Notes: generated from the letters alone by a model not told the origin. Numbered from the stretch's first letter, positions 25,843-40,681 are shown. The stretch is DNA of 64,000 nt from Eledone cirrhosa (GCA_964016885.1 OZ024740.1:163804001-163868000); one strand, 5' to 3'. A program made the numbers and translations.

Positions 25843-28727
25843 TCATCATCATCATCATCATCATCAACGTTTAACGTCCGTGTTCCACGCTTGCATGGGT
25901 TTGGACGGGGGTAGTCCCACTTGAGGCAAGAGTGATTGTCTTGCTCGCATAGGACTGTCTGGCAGGTTTTCTACAGTTGGATGCCCTTCCTAACACCAAC
26001 CACATTTACAGTGTGGGTCTGGGAGGTTTTTAACGTGTTGCCTACACGGCCACATTACAGCGTGGACTGTGTGTTTTTTGTCGTGACACCTACACGATCT
26101 CATTTGTTTCGGCCTCGATGGCGCGGCACCAACATAACTTTACATAGAACGGGGTGGTGTGGATCGGGTGGGGGTGGTGGTGGTGGGACGGGGTGTATTT
26201 TGTTAGAGATGCCTACTGGCTGGAGTAGGTTTTACTATATATTTAGGTAAGGCGGGTCTTCTCTGTTACTGAGTACCGCCAAAGGTCTCGGTCCAGTGAC
26301 ATTGTCTTGGAGAGGTGTAAGTGTGTGATGTCGGAGTTTATCAGCTCGTCCCAGGTTTTTCTAGGTCTGCCTATTCCGTGACTACCGTCTATCTTTATTG
26401 CCCTGCACTTTGTTATACAGCTATCGACTTTCATGCGCATCACGTGTCCATACCAACGTAGCCTTCTCTCGAGTAAACAACATCTGATCCCTCTTATCTC
26501 TAATTTTTTCCTTAGTTCGTTTATGCTTTGCCGTTCACGTATATTAGTTACACATCCAGCGGAGCATGCAAGCTTCGTTCCTCTCTAGTCTGCGTATATC
26601 CTCTGCACACAATGTCCAGGTCTCGCTGCCATGCAGCATTGCTGTTCGTATGCAGGCATCGTACAACCTGCCTTTCATTTTTAGTGAGAACCCTTTAGCA
26701 GCTAATAGTGGTATAAGCTCTCTGAACTTTTTCCAACCAGTTCTGACTCTAGCTACAGTACTTTCAGAGCACCCTCCCCCACTGCTGATTTTATCGCCCA
26801 GGTAACGGAAGCTGTCCACTATTTCTATAGAACCCTCTGCGCAATTGAAAGAGCTAGTAGTTTGTGGGCACTTGCTGCTACTTATTGCACCAGAGCACCG
26901 GCCACATGTAAAATCTATGTTCTTAGTTAGCTTACCTGTGATCCCACTACATCTTTTATGCACCCATACTTTGCATTTAGGACATAAAATGGAGTTTCTA
27001 CCTACGCCTTTCCTACACACCGAGCACGACCATTTCCCAGAAGGGACCGCCGCCTTGTTTTCTTTCCTACAAACTAGTACTTTGGTCTTAGCCAGGTTAA
27101 TTTTAAGTCCTTTTGACTCTAGGCCGTGCTTCCATGTTTGGAATTTCTTCTCTAGCTCGGCCATTGATTCCGCTATGAGTGTCAGGTCGTCTGCGTATAG
27201 GAGTTCCCATGGGCAGCCTGTCTTGAACTCCTCTGTTATAGCCTGAAGGGCAATAATAAATAGTAGTGGGCTGAGAACAGAGCCCTGATGGACGCCAACT
27301 TTTACGCTAAACTCTTCACTATATTCGTTGTTAATTCTAACCTTGCTGACTGTTTCTTTATACATGGCTTGTATAGCCCTCACAAGCCATTCGTCAACGC
27401 CTAGTTTTCTAAGAGCCCACCAGATAATGGAGTGGGGGACTCTGTCGAAGGCTTTCTCCAAGTCGACAAAAGCTAAGTAGAGGGGTTTACCTTTAGCTAG
27501 GTACTTCTCCTGTAGTTGTCGTACTATGAAAAGAGCGTCTGTGGTACTTTTGCCTGACACAAACCCGAACTGCATTTCATCTAGGTCAATTCTCTCTCTG
27601 ATTAGTTGCGCTATTACTTTTTCCGTGACCTTCATGACCTGGTCGATTAATTTAATGCCTCTATAGTTACTCCTATCTAGGGCGTCTCCTTTACCCTTAT
27701 AACAGTTAACGATGATGCTGCTATGCCAGTCCTTCGGAACAACCCCATTCTGTACGACTTGGTTAACTATGCGGGTGACCATGGTGTGTCCCACCGTGCC
27801 AGATGCCTTCAGCATCTCAGCAACTATTTCCGAAGGCCCAGCCGCTTTATCCGTCTTCATATCCTTGATTGCCTTACTTATTATACTCCCCTCGACTAAC
27901 ACTGCTGGTCCCTCTATTGGGTCGATATGGGGGAGACTGCCTTTCTCCCAATTATTCTCCTCATTTAGTAGCCTTTCATAGTGACACTTCCAAGCTACCT
28001 TCTTATCAGCGTCGGTGATGGCAAGTGTGCCATCGTCGTTTAGTACACACTTCTCCCCGACAATATCACGGTTTTCCTTGACGCATTGCCTAGCAATCCT
28101 GAACACCTCACGTTTTTGGTCATCGCGTTGTAGAACATGCTTGAACTTTCTTTCCTCAGCTTCCCTTCTTGCTAAGTACACTTGTCTCCTAGCTTCCCTC
28201 CTGGCCACTTGATAGTCCTCTCTACTTCCCCCATCCCGCCATACTTTCCAAGCCTGCTTTTTGGCCTTAATTGACCCCTCCACCTTACTGTTCCACCACC
28301 ATGTTACTCTCCTCCTGCCTACAGGCCTGCTCCAGCCACAGACTTCGTCTGTCGCCAACAGCAGGTTTGCTTTCAGAAATTCCCACTCTCCCTCTATATT
28401 GTCCGACTCTAAATGTTCTTCCTTACTGTCGAAAGCATCAAGTAATATGCTTTGAAATTTATTCCTGGCTGTGGGGTCCTTTAGCTTCCATATTTTCCTC
28501 CTGAGGATAGTCCTCTTCTGTTGTCGAGTACGTCTCGTCCTGACTATGAGGTCGCTAATTATCAGTCTATGTTGGGAGGTGCATTCTTCATGGGGGAGGG
28601 ATTTAGTGTTTACAACAGACACTCTGTCACGTCTTCTGGTAAGGATATAATCTACCTGGCTTGTGTGTTCCCCGGATCTATAGGTGATCAGGTGATTGTC
28701 ACGTTTTTTGAAGTTAGTGTTACAGAT
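25843..28727 (-). mobile_element. RTE LINE, 5'-truncated within the endonuclease, frameshifted near 26543
   Basis: 692-aa ORF with APE end (SQHRLI), full RT and PHD-like finger. The C-terminus continues in another frame (ORF 26243..26443); 3'UTR and (TGA)n tail present. Confidence 0.96.
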
Positions 28728-29385
28728 AGAGAGAGAGAGAGCAAGCCTTTACAACATATATTTCATAAACTACATTAACCTCGTGATTCATGAAGTTCAT
28801 TAATCTAGCTATTGATATTCGTCCAGCTTATGATATTTATGAGAAAACTAACATCTATCAGACAAATGATATAGAAAAGAAATGTTCCATACATAAGAAT
28901 GTATGTTCCTAATTCTATGTCAACATTTAAGCCTATGCCACCAATTATTGATTCATAATTGGTAATGAAATATTTAAATCATCGAATTATTTAAAATTTG
29001 ACAAACTCTCAGCTTTCTTCATACAGTAATATAGATAAGACTGTTTTATAAACAGAGTTAGTTGTAAAATAAGTTTTAAATTTTCATACTTCAATGTTTT
29101 ATAGTGAAAGATGGCTACAACTAAGAGAGAGGATTCAAGATAAGAATATTTAATAGTGTTCAATCCCCTAATTTGACTTTAGTAAATGGTTATTATCAAT
29201 ATACATTGTCTTGAATTAATATCCTGTGACACACCAGAGGTGGTGCTGGTACCATGATAAAAAAAGGACACAGTTCACCCAATAAATTGGTAGTGCCAGA
29301 GTTATAATAAAATGTTCCCAGTACACACTGTAAATTGGTTGGAATTAGGAAGGGCATCAAGTTGAAACCAAGCCAAAAATGGAGT

Positions 29386-29812
29386 AATAATAATGAAATT
29401 ATTGTGTACAGTGCTCAGGTGCACTACAACTTGTCAAAGGTGCATGTATAGTACATAGAATAATGTGAAAATGTCAGGAAAGTGAACAGTGTATGAGTCA
29501 TGATATACATGTGTGGGTGTGTATGGAGGGGGGATTTGAGGTGTAGTGTTGGCGAATTTCAGGAAGCATGGAGGGTTTAACGGATGCAGTGTCTCTGCAG
29601 CTAACAACTGATGCAGGTAGTTTGTTCCATGCTTAACAACTGTGAAAAAATGTTCCATGCTTAACAACTGTGAAAAAATGTTTCTGAAAGTCATGGGAGC
29701 TGTGTTGTTTTCTGACTTTGTAGACATGCCCACGTGTGTTAGACATATGGAATTCAAAAAGGTGCTCAAGGTTGTTGTTGGCAAGATGGTTAATAATTTT
29801 GTGGGTGTTTTC
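29386..29812 (-). mobile_element. CR1-clade LINE 3' fragment
   Basis: Close match to 49782-50200; internal ~26-bp duplication tgttccatgcttaacaactgtgaaaa. Confidence 0.87.
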
Positions 29813-30039
29813 ACCAGACGAAGTTACCTGACCAGTCTAGCCAGAGTGCATTACAAACCAAACTTGAAACATGACAAACCAAGCATGAAAAATTGACAGT
29901 GATGATGAAGAATCATTTACATGAACTATCATTTAGGTTGTTGAAATCATACAATTACTAACTTCACCTTTAGAAATATAACACTTTTTTATATTTAAAA
30001 ATCAACGCAGGACATTTTGAAGGGAGCTATGTCACAGAT

Positions 30040-30175
30040 GACCAAAGTTTTTGTTATTGTTAGCAACTCATATTATTGAAGCATCAAGTGATGTTCATGT
30101 GTTCACTTGGCTGTTACAGTGTCTCGACTTTCCTATCACCCGTGGCAATGCTGCGAATATTTCGGGTTGCCTAAT
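30040..30175 (+). mobile_element. CRE-clade (RLE) retrotransposon C-terminal remnant
   Basis: Translates WLLQCLDFPITRGNAANISGCL, resembling the CRE motif LxQRLSIAIQRGNA. Confidence 0.5.
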
Positions 30176-30429
30176 GTTTAATTGAAGGTGCCTTTTTAGT
30201 TCTAAAAATAAATACCCAGAGCAGGAGACAGAGTGGAGTAGTGATGCCAATTTTTTCCATTTCCAGGGGTATTTTAAGAGTGCTTTGAGGAAGCTAAGAT
30301 AGTTTGAAAAATTATAATCGTATTAAGAACAACTAATTTAGGATAATTAAACGGCACTTATTCCCATCACATTGCATGTAAAATGTTATTCGAAATTTGT
30401 TATCAAGGGAGACAATTCTAAAGTGAATA

Positions 30430-30602
30430 TCTCTACTTTTGGCACAAGGCCAGCAAATACCTAGTGTATTACTGGTACTTTATTTTATCGACCCCGTAAG
30501 GATGAAAGGAAAAGTTAACCTCGGCGGGATTTGAACTCAGAATGGCAAGGGCCGTATCTCTATGCGTCAAAGCATGGCGCCCGACCCTCTACCGATACTG
30601 CC
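30430..30602 (-). mobile_element. tRNA-derived SINE (family A) with TSD aagtgaatat
   Basis: Family motifs plus a flanking direct repeat. Confidence 0.88.
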
Positions 30603-32674
30603 AAGTGAATATAATGAAATTTATACAGTATTATCCCTATCGGAGGCAGCTGAGAAAATGAGTCACTACACCTCAAGAGAGGGAAAGAATTGTGCGCTTG
30701 ATACACTGAATTTCGTGCTGTTCTGACTCTTTAAGGAGAACGGAGACACCTAGTCCAGAGTTACAACATCAAACTCGTAAATTTTAATGCTATTGTGTAG
30801 TAGTTTCGTCGGTTACATCGGTGGATGTCCGTGACCGAGTAGTTTTGGTTTGAGGTGGCAGAGACCGAAACACTTACAAAGTTACTTCACCTCCTGATGA
30901 AACATCGACTCCTACATTCAGAGCCGGGGTACAAAATCACACCCAGCATAGATTACCATATATTTGCCTGGAATATATATATAACAAGTCAGAATTAATG
31001 ATACAAATTCCAATTACTTGCTGTTGGGTGTTTCGACCACAAATGAACGTTGAACAACATCTGATAACGTCAAGTCCTCCTGGTCAAGGCTATATTATCC
31101 GATGGTGAATGGATATACGGCATCTTCTTTAAGATGTAATTATCCTTACAGAGTATCCAAATATACCAAATCAGAATTAGTGATACGGATTCCAAATAGT
31201 TGAAAGTGTAAATTCTTGGAACCCATTTTATATAGTGGAAAATTAAAATAAGCAGAATGTATTATTGTTTCAAATATCTTAACAAAAATATGTTTATATC
31301 TTAGAAAACCACAACAAAGAAAGTGTGTCTTATTCTTACAAATATGATCACAGAAATGGTTTAGGGTAGGAATCTCAAACACGCGGTCCGCAAACTACTT
31401 TTCTATGGCCCGTGCCAGAACAATTTTCGTGACTAATATTTTCCTAAAAATTGATAATTTACTCTCACCACTTCTATACTCTTCCATCAGCAGCAGCAGT
31501 ATTAAGCTGTCAACTTAATGCAAACAGACGTATTTCCCCGCAGGGAAAGGGAGAATGTTATAATGAAAGAAAAATGTCAATTTCACTTTTACATGTAATT
31601 TGTTTTTTGATTGAAAAGCAATTTTATTTGTCAGCATAACCGTCACGATAATATTACAAATGAAGGGAGATAAAAGAAAGAAAAGGGAAAGGAAAGAAAG
31701 ACACAAGCAGGTAATACATACATCTAGGACCACATATAACAAACGACAGGCAAATGGGGTGGACAAACGAACAGCTGCCAGAGCAAAAGATAACGATATC
31801 GCGTGGAGCACTGGAAAATCTCTAATAATTTTTGAGGCGAGCCAGCATGCTCACAGTGTTACCTCGAGTTTTGGCAAGGTTGATGCGATGGAAAAAATTT
31901 TTTTAAACATTTTGTTGAAGATATCTGCTTTTTCCTTAAATGTAAATTTTGTTTTCCCTGTTTTAATAGTTATAATACACATTATTGCAATGTACCCATG
32001 ATATAAAATAGAAAGGAAAAAATGGAATTGATCAAAAGTGAAAACGGGGGTAAAAAAAAAAGGAAATTAACAAAAATAAAAACGGAATTAAGGAAAATTT
32101 GTTCCCCTACATTTTGTACTAATTCATATATCCCACTTACTATCACATGCGTATTCATTTTCGCGGGGTAAAAAATAGCACCCTATCAGCTGCATTGCAG
32201 ATAAGCATTATAACTAGTGGAAATCATACCCCTCTCCTCATCTCACTTTTAGCCCGCTGTGCCTCTTACCCGGAACGTCATAGCTTTTTTGTGTCCTTTA
32301 GTTTGTAACTCCCGATTGAACGCAAAATAATGTATTATTGTTAATACAATGAGGTTTATAATATCCGCAGTTATTGGTTCTACAAAATTCAGTCTGTGAT
32401 TTGCAATTTAGTAAACATACTCAATCTATGTAAATGTTGACCTGACTTCAGTGTGTGTGATGGAATCTTACGGAAGTATCACTAAGCCGTGAATGGTGTT
32501 GGTCGCAGTATTTCCTGATGTAATGTGCATATAACTTGTTATCTAGTTTATTGTTGTAAATATATATACTTCAGTTTATTACAAAAGTAAATGGACAATT
32601 AAAGAACGTTATACATTATATACATAAATAACATTGTTATTTTTATTAGTTCACTGGATGTACAAATTTTGGAA

Positions 32675-33040
32675 TGGACCACCGGCAGTTTCGACGATGA
32701 GTGTTCCAGGTCTTCGATCAACGGAACAGCATGCTCGTGAAATTAACATGCAAGTGACTGAGCACTCCCCAGATACGAGCAACCTTAGCGTAATTCTCAG
32801 CGAGGTTCAGCATGATACAGTGACAAGACTGACCCTTTGAATGATAGATACAATCCATCAGTGATAGATACAGTTCATCAAACGGGCTTCCAAACAGCTT
32901 CCTTTGATCCAATTTCACTCGCCGGGCTTGGATTGTCCTGGGCTATGATAAATGTCATTTGTCCAAGATGTCACGCAGTGGAATCGAACCGGAGACCTTA
33001 TGATTGACAAACGAACTTCTCAACCATTCGGCTATACTGC
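32675..33040 (-). mobile_element. tRNA-derived SINE, related to family B
   Basis: Shares gagtgttccag..cggaacagc.tgctcgtgaa.ttaa..tgcaagtg.ctgagca with 34450, 40960 and 55245; tRNA head ggaatcgaacc. Confidence 0.75.
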
Positions 33041-33319
33041 GTCCACCATTTCGTATTAAATATATTGATAGATACAAAAATCTATACACCTATCTATAGA
33101 TGAGGAATTATGTAGAAACACTCACTATAGTGTTTTTTTTTTTTTAATTGTTGCAACAAAGAAAAAAAATAATATATATATATTAAGGTTTCTTATAAAG
33201 AATAAATTCAAGTTTTAAACGTTTAAACGAGCCATTACTATTTTCCCTGGCTCGATGCTAAATGTTATTAAGTTGTAGAATACCTGAGCGCTGTACACAG
33301 TAATTTTCATTATTATTAT

Positions 33320-33505
33320 TGGCAGTATAAGTAGAGAGTCGGACACCATGCTTTGAAGCATAGAGTTACGTCCCTTTATGGTCTGAGTTCAAATCCCGCG
33401 AGGTTAACTTTGCCTTTCATCCTTACGGGGTCGATAAAATAAAGTACCAGCAATGTACTGAGTAATTGCTGGCCTTGTGTCTAAAAATAGAAACAATTAT
33501 TATTA
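33320..33505 (+). mobile_element. tRNA-derived SINE (family A), sense orientation
   Basis: B box gagttcaaatccc, core and agaaacaattattatta tail; abuts a short CR1 tail at 33283-33320. Confidence 0.88.
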
Positions 33506-34447
33506 ACATGTGAGGGGAAACAACTCTGCATTGAATGCAAGGAAGTTAATTTTAACCCTTCAAAATGCGAAGGGAATTAATTCATATGATTAACACTTTG
33601 AACAAGAAGTTTACTGCCCCCTAACTAATTATATTCTTTGTATAATTAATCCATCCAATACGATATTCAGAATTAACTGAAAATTAATTCTCGATACGGT
33701 TTCCAGGTAGATGAAGTTGTTAATTCTTGGAATTCGAAGTGAAATATGCTATTCTTATATTCCTTTTGTAAATTAAAACACGTAGGCACAGTGTATTATT
33801 TTTACAATTATGATCATAGAAAGGTTTAAATATGATGATATGCCCCATACCACCAATCTGAATCTTATCGCTTGTGTACTTAGATCGCTACCTCAATACT
33901 CATACCATTTTCCATATTATACTGAAGATCACTTGTTAATGCAAACATGTCAACTCTCCCCGTCGGATGGAGAGATAGATCTCTCTCCCACTTTGGGTGG
34001 GTGAGAGATGTCTTCTCTTGTGAAAATGGGTATAGCTTTCATTATGTAAAATATCCTCATTTTGCCTAATTTCTCTCCGTTTTGTGGCACTTTTTTCATG
34101 GTACTCCCCATTTGGGTTTTTAGATGTTGGCAGGCCCGTAAATGCAACACATAAAATCAACAAATCAAATGAAAAATAACAATAAAAATAAGTCGGTGAG
34201 AAAAAAAGAAAGAAAAAGCATGCATATTCCTTCAGTAACATACAACAAGAGGGAATACTGGGGTTACCATAACTCAAAACATTCACGAAATTACCGCGGA
34301 TGATAGTGAGGCTGAGGTAATAAAATAGCCAAACACCACCACTAGCGTCACTTGACACTTTAGTAAGATGAGACGCCAACAATTACTTTCTCCAAACGTA
34401 TCAAATGCTGCAGATTGAAAAATATAATTCACAGACAAATTACATCT

Positions 34448-34775
34448 GACTGACTGGCACTCCGTCAGTTACGACGACGAGTGTTCCAGTTGATCCGATT
34501 AACGGAACAGCCTGCTCGTGAAGTTAATGTGCAAGTGGCTGAGCATTCTACAGACACGCATACCCATAACGTAGTTCTCATGGAGTTTCAGCGTGACGCA
34601 GAATGTGTCAAGGCTGGCTCTTCAAATTACAGGTACAACTCATTTTTGCCAGCTGAGTAGACTGGAGCAACGAGAAATAAAGTGTCTTGCTCAAGGACAC
34701 AACGCACCGCAGGGAATCGAACCCACGACCTTACGATTGTGAGCCGAATACCCTAACCACAAAGCCACGTGCCTT
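34448..34775 (-). mobile_element. Full-length tRNA-derived SINE (family B)
   Basis: Reverse complement has A/B boxes (ggctttgtggttaggg, ggttcgattccc), ccttgagcaagacactt and the long body. Decayed copy at 55245-55545. Confidence 0.87.
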
Positions 34776-37700
34776 TAGCTACGGACATAGTAACCTCCAC
34801 CACCCAACATTTAGGATGTGTAATGGAGCAAAAGCATCGCTAACAGTGACGTCTCATAAGAGACTATTTATATAACTCTGGCTAAGGCAAGTTCTACTCG
34901 AAATGGCAAGTGAAGTGACCCACATTCAATCGACATGACAAACTACAAAGGCCCATATTGACATTTTGATCGTTTCCGTATATCGATTATGGTTCTGAGA
35001 GTGGCGGAGGTGCAGAGCTCATCCGTAGCAGGTCACGACAAAGGCAAAGTATCAACTCAGTCCCCCAGAAAATTAAGTAACATTTTGAATATTGATTAGA
35101 TTGTTTAAAAAGAGAATTGATAATGTTTCAACTATAAATGCTTTCGATCTCCAAACCAAACCCCCTCTACTACATTAGAGCTTCATTCACATCCCTGTAT
35201 CAACTAGTCGATGGTAGAAAGGAAAGAATGCTGCTCAATAAAGAGAAGCAAACTCGAACAAAAAAACAAACAAACAAAAAAATGAAAAAGGGTAGAGATA
35301 GAGAAATGCTTTTACGTAAACCTAGACCCCTCCTCCCCTACACACACATAACATACACACTTACACCAAATCGACTGGTCAATGCAGCCTGGTCAAGCGA
35401 TTCTGAAGTAAGTTTAACATTGTCCAAACTTTCTAGTTTCTCATGAATTACGTCATCAGAAAAGACGGTAGAAATATAAATGTAGGAATAACCGCCGTAA
35501 GAATATATAATATTGTAAGGGTCGAATAATAATTCTTAAAAATATAAATATAAACTTGGTGGCGTTGAATTACACTGATTGTATAAGAAAGCAAGACTGG
35601 AAATTGAGGCTTCACAGGAGCCCCATGTTGATAGGGAAAGAAACTACGACTAAAGGGGAATAACTCGGGAAAATAGATCTACTGTAGTTTGATGTTGCGA
35701 AAATGAATGATTAAATATGCAAAGTTCACATTTTAAAATCATTAACTTGATGGCTCCATATTACCAAGTCCACCAGTCATTAATTATGCTGTAGTGTGAA
35801 CCCTATCTGGAACCCTCCACTTCAAATAAGCATCATAAAAATGCCATACATATTGTTATGGGGCGGAGATCGCAATTAAGATTAAAGGACACTGAACAGG
35901 CTGGCATCTAAGAAAGTTTAGTCAATGTTAAACTTACTTCAGAATTCCTTGACCAGGCTGTATTGACCAGCCGATTCGGTGGTGGTGGTGTTGTCTAGGT
36001 TTACGTAAAAACATGTTTACAAACTGTGTGAAAAACTTTAAAAGCTTGAGGTTGGCATCTCTCGCCGACTAAGGAGAAGCAGTCTGTAAGATGTTGTGGG
36101 CTAAGACCATTAATTTCGAGACCAGACACAGTAGGAAATTATTTAATTGTCTTTCCGACATTATCTGGGTAAAGTTGGTCTTAAGTAACCCAATGCTTCA
36201 GACCAGTTTAGCACCCTCACAAGTATCAGCCTAATTCTCAGTGAGTTGAAATTTGACTCTTAGTTGGAGATAGGAAACAGAACTGTAGCAGTAATTGTGG
36301 ACTCTCAAAGTACTGGGGTCAAAATTTCAAGAAATTAAGAATTAACTACACAAAAAATTTAATTTTCAAGCTTAGGGGTGAATGTACTGTGTGTATACAG
36401 TTGAGAATATGTATACTCTTGTGAGTTGTAAGAGGCGAGTAAAAGAATTGGAACCATGAAGGGCATCCAGCCATAAAACATTGCTTCAAAAAGGGCCTCA
36501 TGATGTGCATGAAGCCTTTTATTAGCAGGGTGACTTAAATGCTTGCCGTTGCTTAAGGGGAAATCTAATTTTTGACTTTTGTTAGCAAGCAAGGTGACAG
36601 GTGTGTGTATGTTTTAGTCTGTTAAGACCTCATCAGCAAAGCATAGTATTCTCAAGCCTGCTTTGATCAGTGAACATAGATTATTTACAAGCAGAAAAAA
36701 AAATTATGAATATATTTGGCCAAAACATTTTGCATGACAGAAAAACAACTGATAACGGCATGGATTTAGATAATTCAGATAGGTAGTGATGTACGAAATG
36801 AATATATTACCACTTACTTTAATTATCTAAATTCTTACTTTCTTGAAATTATTTCCCCTTCTCTTTAAGAGTTGCCAACTATTGTCACTAGGTTTTTGGT
36901 TTTCTTACACTAAGAAACAGATTTCAGTCCACTGAGAATGTTTTGCATACACTATTTAGTACATCACCTCTTACTTGAATTATTTATATATAATATGAAG
37001 AAACTGAATACCCAATATCACTAAACAAATTAACAGATACATAAATGAGCATTCTAAAGCCAAAGGAGATAAATCGTTCATAATTTTTCCTGAGTTACTT
37101 TCCTTACATTTTTTTTTTGTGAAGAGATGGCAATTATTTTTATCACTAAAAGATCAATAATTTAGAAAAGTATAAAACTTACAAAAGAAACTGGACAAAA
37201 ACAACAAGTAAAATTAGCAAAATAAATGCACTCCCTCAATTACATATTATAACAAAGAAAACTATCACTTACCTCTAAAAAATCTTTTAATCAACCCAAA
37301 ATAATCATGATATTATTATAGGTGAGCATGGCCTGAGGTGCTGGAACAGCCAAACACCCTCACAAGCATCTCCACTTGATGCTTCTGTATGGAGACACTG
37401 ATGATGACAAAGATGTTTTGTCTGTGGTCCAGTTCTGCCCTGAAAGGCTTGAATGCCACAGGTTGAAAAATGTTATTCACCAACTAATTACAGTATTTCA
37501 GGATCTTGTTCTATTCAGCTATGAATGCAGCAGCCCTCATTTCTACCACAGCATTTAAGATCTATGATGGAGCAAAAGAATCATCAACTGTGGTATCCCA
37601 TGTCAATCACATGTAACCCCATACAAACAGCTGTGTTGTCAGGTCATTGGAAACTAAACTGGCAATTCTACCAAGCCTGCTTAGTGAGGAGGGCGAACTT

Positions 37701-38379
37701 TGGACACTTTGTGTGTACATATCTGCATATGTGTGTGTAAGGAGTGTATGTTGAAATCTTATCAAAAAAAACCATCATGGGCTTTACCTAGCCACCAATC
37801 TGCATCAGTGAAAGGGAAAACTCACATGTGCAGTGTGTGTGTGTATAGGAGTAGATAGGTTTGCCTGTCACCCAGCTTGTATTCCTTTGATGGTTATTGA
37901 TCAAGGGTAGAGGTTAATCCCTTGTTTTCTGGTTCCCTGCTTTTTTTTCCTTGGCCATGGTAGTTTTAATTGTTTTGATCTCTTAGTAATCTGACTGATC
38001 AGTGGCTGCAAACTTTTCATTTTGAGGTTACCAGGTTGCCAGTTTTCTAGTTGCTTCATCCTTGCTGGTAGTAAGGAGCCAGAACTCTTTGGTAGCACTT
38101 AGAGAGGTTGCTCTGGCCAACAGTTGCATAATATCAAGGTATTTGTAGTGTTATGTTATGCATGGATAGGTGTTTTTACATATACATCCAGTAGGCAACC
38201 ATGAAGCCACAATATGTTGTGGTCATACCCAACTTCTGATCGGTTTGTATTGCCTTGAGTAATGGACAAGGGCAATCATTATGGATTTCCCTTTAACTAA
38301 TTATTATTAGTATTACAGCAGTTTTCAGTTAATAACATTAAACCAGTAAATTAAAAAGATCACTGAAGTCTCTCCATTT

Positions 38380-39130
38380 ATCTTTTTCTAATATTCATGG
38401 TATTCAAACCAATTTCTCTAGTGTTGAAACTTTTCTCTTGAAACATTCTCCTATCTTGGCTTTTTGTGAAACAAACTTAAATTCTTCATTTTCTAGGAGT
38501 GACTTCTCTGTACCAGACTCTGTGATTTATATACATGGTATTGGTGTTTTCATTTTGGAGAAATTTTCCAGTAGATAGGGAGCCATCACTTGAATCTCTT
38601 GATTCATTCATTTGTTTGCAACTTTCTTTGCTACAATATGTTAGCCACCTCATTTTTCTTTATCGCTCCTCTTCATCTCAGGATTGTAATATATTTGACA
38701 AAATCTCAGATAGTATCGATATAGAGATATAGCTCTTTCTCAATATTCTTCTGCAAATATCATTGTACCTGGTGACTTCAATGTTTATGTTAACTCATTC
38801 TAACCCAACTGATGCTAGCATACACATTTTCAATTTTTCAGTCACTCAATCTCCCTCACAAATTGTCTATTTCTCCACCCATTTTCCTGATAATTCCGAT
38901 CATCATGCCTCACTTCTTGATTTGTTCCTTACCTGACTTGTTAACTATCACAATTCAGTCCTTTTCTCAATTCCGATCATGTTATAGTGTTTGTCTCTAT
39001 TTCATTTAACTATTCCATTAGTCAAGAGCCTCCAACTCCCAAGACTTCTTTTTGTTACCATTGAGCTGATTGGAATTCATTTCATGATTTTATTTGTGAT
39101 GCTCCTTGGAGTCGTATCTTTAATCTTCCC
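38380..39130 (+). mobile_element. Decayed LINE apurinic-endonuclease region
   Basis: Remnants AFCET, PGDFNV and SDH in broken frames. Confidence 0.55.
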
Positions 39131-40180
39131 TGAAGATTGGATGGAAGAACTGAGATGAGGGTCACCACTCTCACCCAGAAATGGGCCATTAGGAAAGGTT
39201 AGGTGAAGGTGGCAAACACGTACATCACGTCTGTCATCTATTACCGTCAGACTGTCGTGACTTGCCCCCATTCATGTCTCACCAAATTGGAGTGCCAGCT
39301 TTTCAACTTCTTGAAGAAGGGACAGATTCTATTGGTGAGGTGATACATCTACTGCCAGTACCCTCTACTTGGAGGGCTGCGCATGCTGTGGCTGATGATG
39401 CATAAACATGCGCTTAGGCTACAGCCTCTCCAGATATTCTTAAATGGTGAACAGGTGTGGTCACATATTGTCAGACAGGTCTTTCCACAGCTTGTCTCTT
39501 TGACTGAGCTGCAGTTGTTGGTCAAGTGAAGACCAAGACTGGGTGCTTGGCATCTGGAATGTTGTCAGGTGCTCACAGCTCTCTACCAGTCAGGCAATGC
39601 AGTCAGTGGAAATTCCACTTTAGCGTTCTATAGAGAACTACTGGTGGGCAAGTGTGACGATGTTCTCGGAGAACTCTCGGCATTGATGAAATCAAATTGA
39701 CCAATCTGTTCTGGAGAACTTTCGAGCCAGGGACTATAGATAACTTCCAGAAATCCCTGGCATGGCATTGCTATGGGGAGGGGGGGGGGCACTACCAGTT
39801 CAAGACAAACTATGAAAGCATGGAAGTGCTATTAGACAAACTTGTCTGAGATGCCTGCAGGGCGATGGAATTGTTCTGCACACACTTGTCCAGTGACTGT
39901 GCATTACTGATTTGTGGAGTTGTGTTGAACAGTTATTACGGAATATAGGACAGATTCAGCTATCAACCAAGTCCATTCTGAAAATCCCCTTAGCTCCATC
40001 TTTTGGCTGGGAAGGGCAGGCAGTTTTCCTCTGTCTGGTGGCTGTAGCAAAAGAGGTTGTGTGGAGGTTGTGGCTGAAAAGACTGAAGCCAGACACTGTA
40101 CTCTTTGATCAAGCCCTCATCAACTTTTCCAAGTTCCACTTGGAAAGGAAGGTGTGGGGAAAGAAGGACGTGCTGTCCCA
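39130..40180 (+). mobile_element. Decayed Tx1/L1-clade LINE fragment
   Basis: LTQKWAIRK and GGLRMLWLMMHKHALRL; same family as 14795-15300. Confidence 0.8.
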
Positions 40181-40491
40181 CAGTACATACAAATAATGAA
40201 ACAGTACATACAAATAATGAAACAGTACATACAAATAATGAAACAGTACATACAAATAATGAAACAGTACATACAAATAATGAAACAGTACATACAAATA
40301 ATGAAACAGTACATACAAATAATGAAACAGTACATACAAATAATGAAACAGTATATACAAATAATGAAACAGTATATACAAATAATGAAACAGTACATAC
40401 AAATAATTAAACAGTACATACAAATAATGAAACAGTACATACAAATAATGAAACAGTACATACAAATAATTAAACAGTACATACAAATAAT
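40181..40491. repeat. 21-bp minisatellite (CAGTACATACAAATAATGAAA), 14 full units plus a partial; about 2 more at 40684-40725
   Basis: Read directly; no spacers between units. Confidence 0.97.
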
Positions 40492-40681
40492 TGTTTCTAC
40501 TTTAGGCACAAGGCCAGCTATTACCCCAGCAGCGTATTACTGGTACTTTATTTTATTGACCCCGTAAGGATGAAAGGCAAAGTTAACCTTGGTGGGATTT
40601 GAACTCAGAATGGCAAGGGCCGTAACTCAATGCGTCAAGGCATGGCGTTCGACCCTCTACCGATACTGCCAATCCACCGCC
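40492..40681 (-). mobile_element. Full-length tRNA-derived SINE (family A) inside the minisatellite
   Basis: Family motifs, flanked by gtacatacaaataat on both sides. Confidence 0.9.

Noticed and set aside
40181-40491. CRISPR-like array or repeat-protein ORFs (VHTNNET, MKQYIQI)
   Set aside because: Head-to-tail units with no unique spacers, no cas genes and eukaryotic context. The ORFs are by-products of a 21-bp period.
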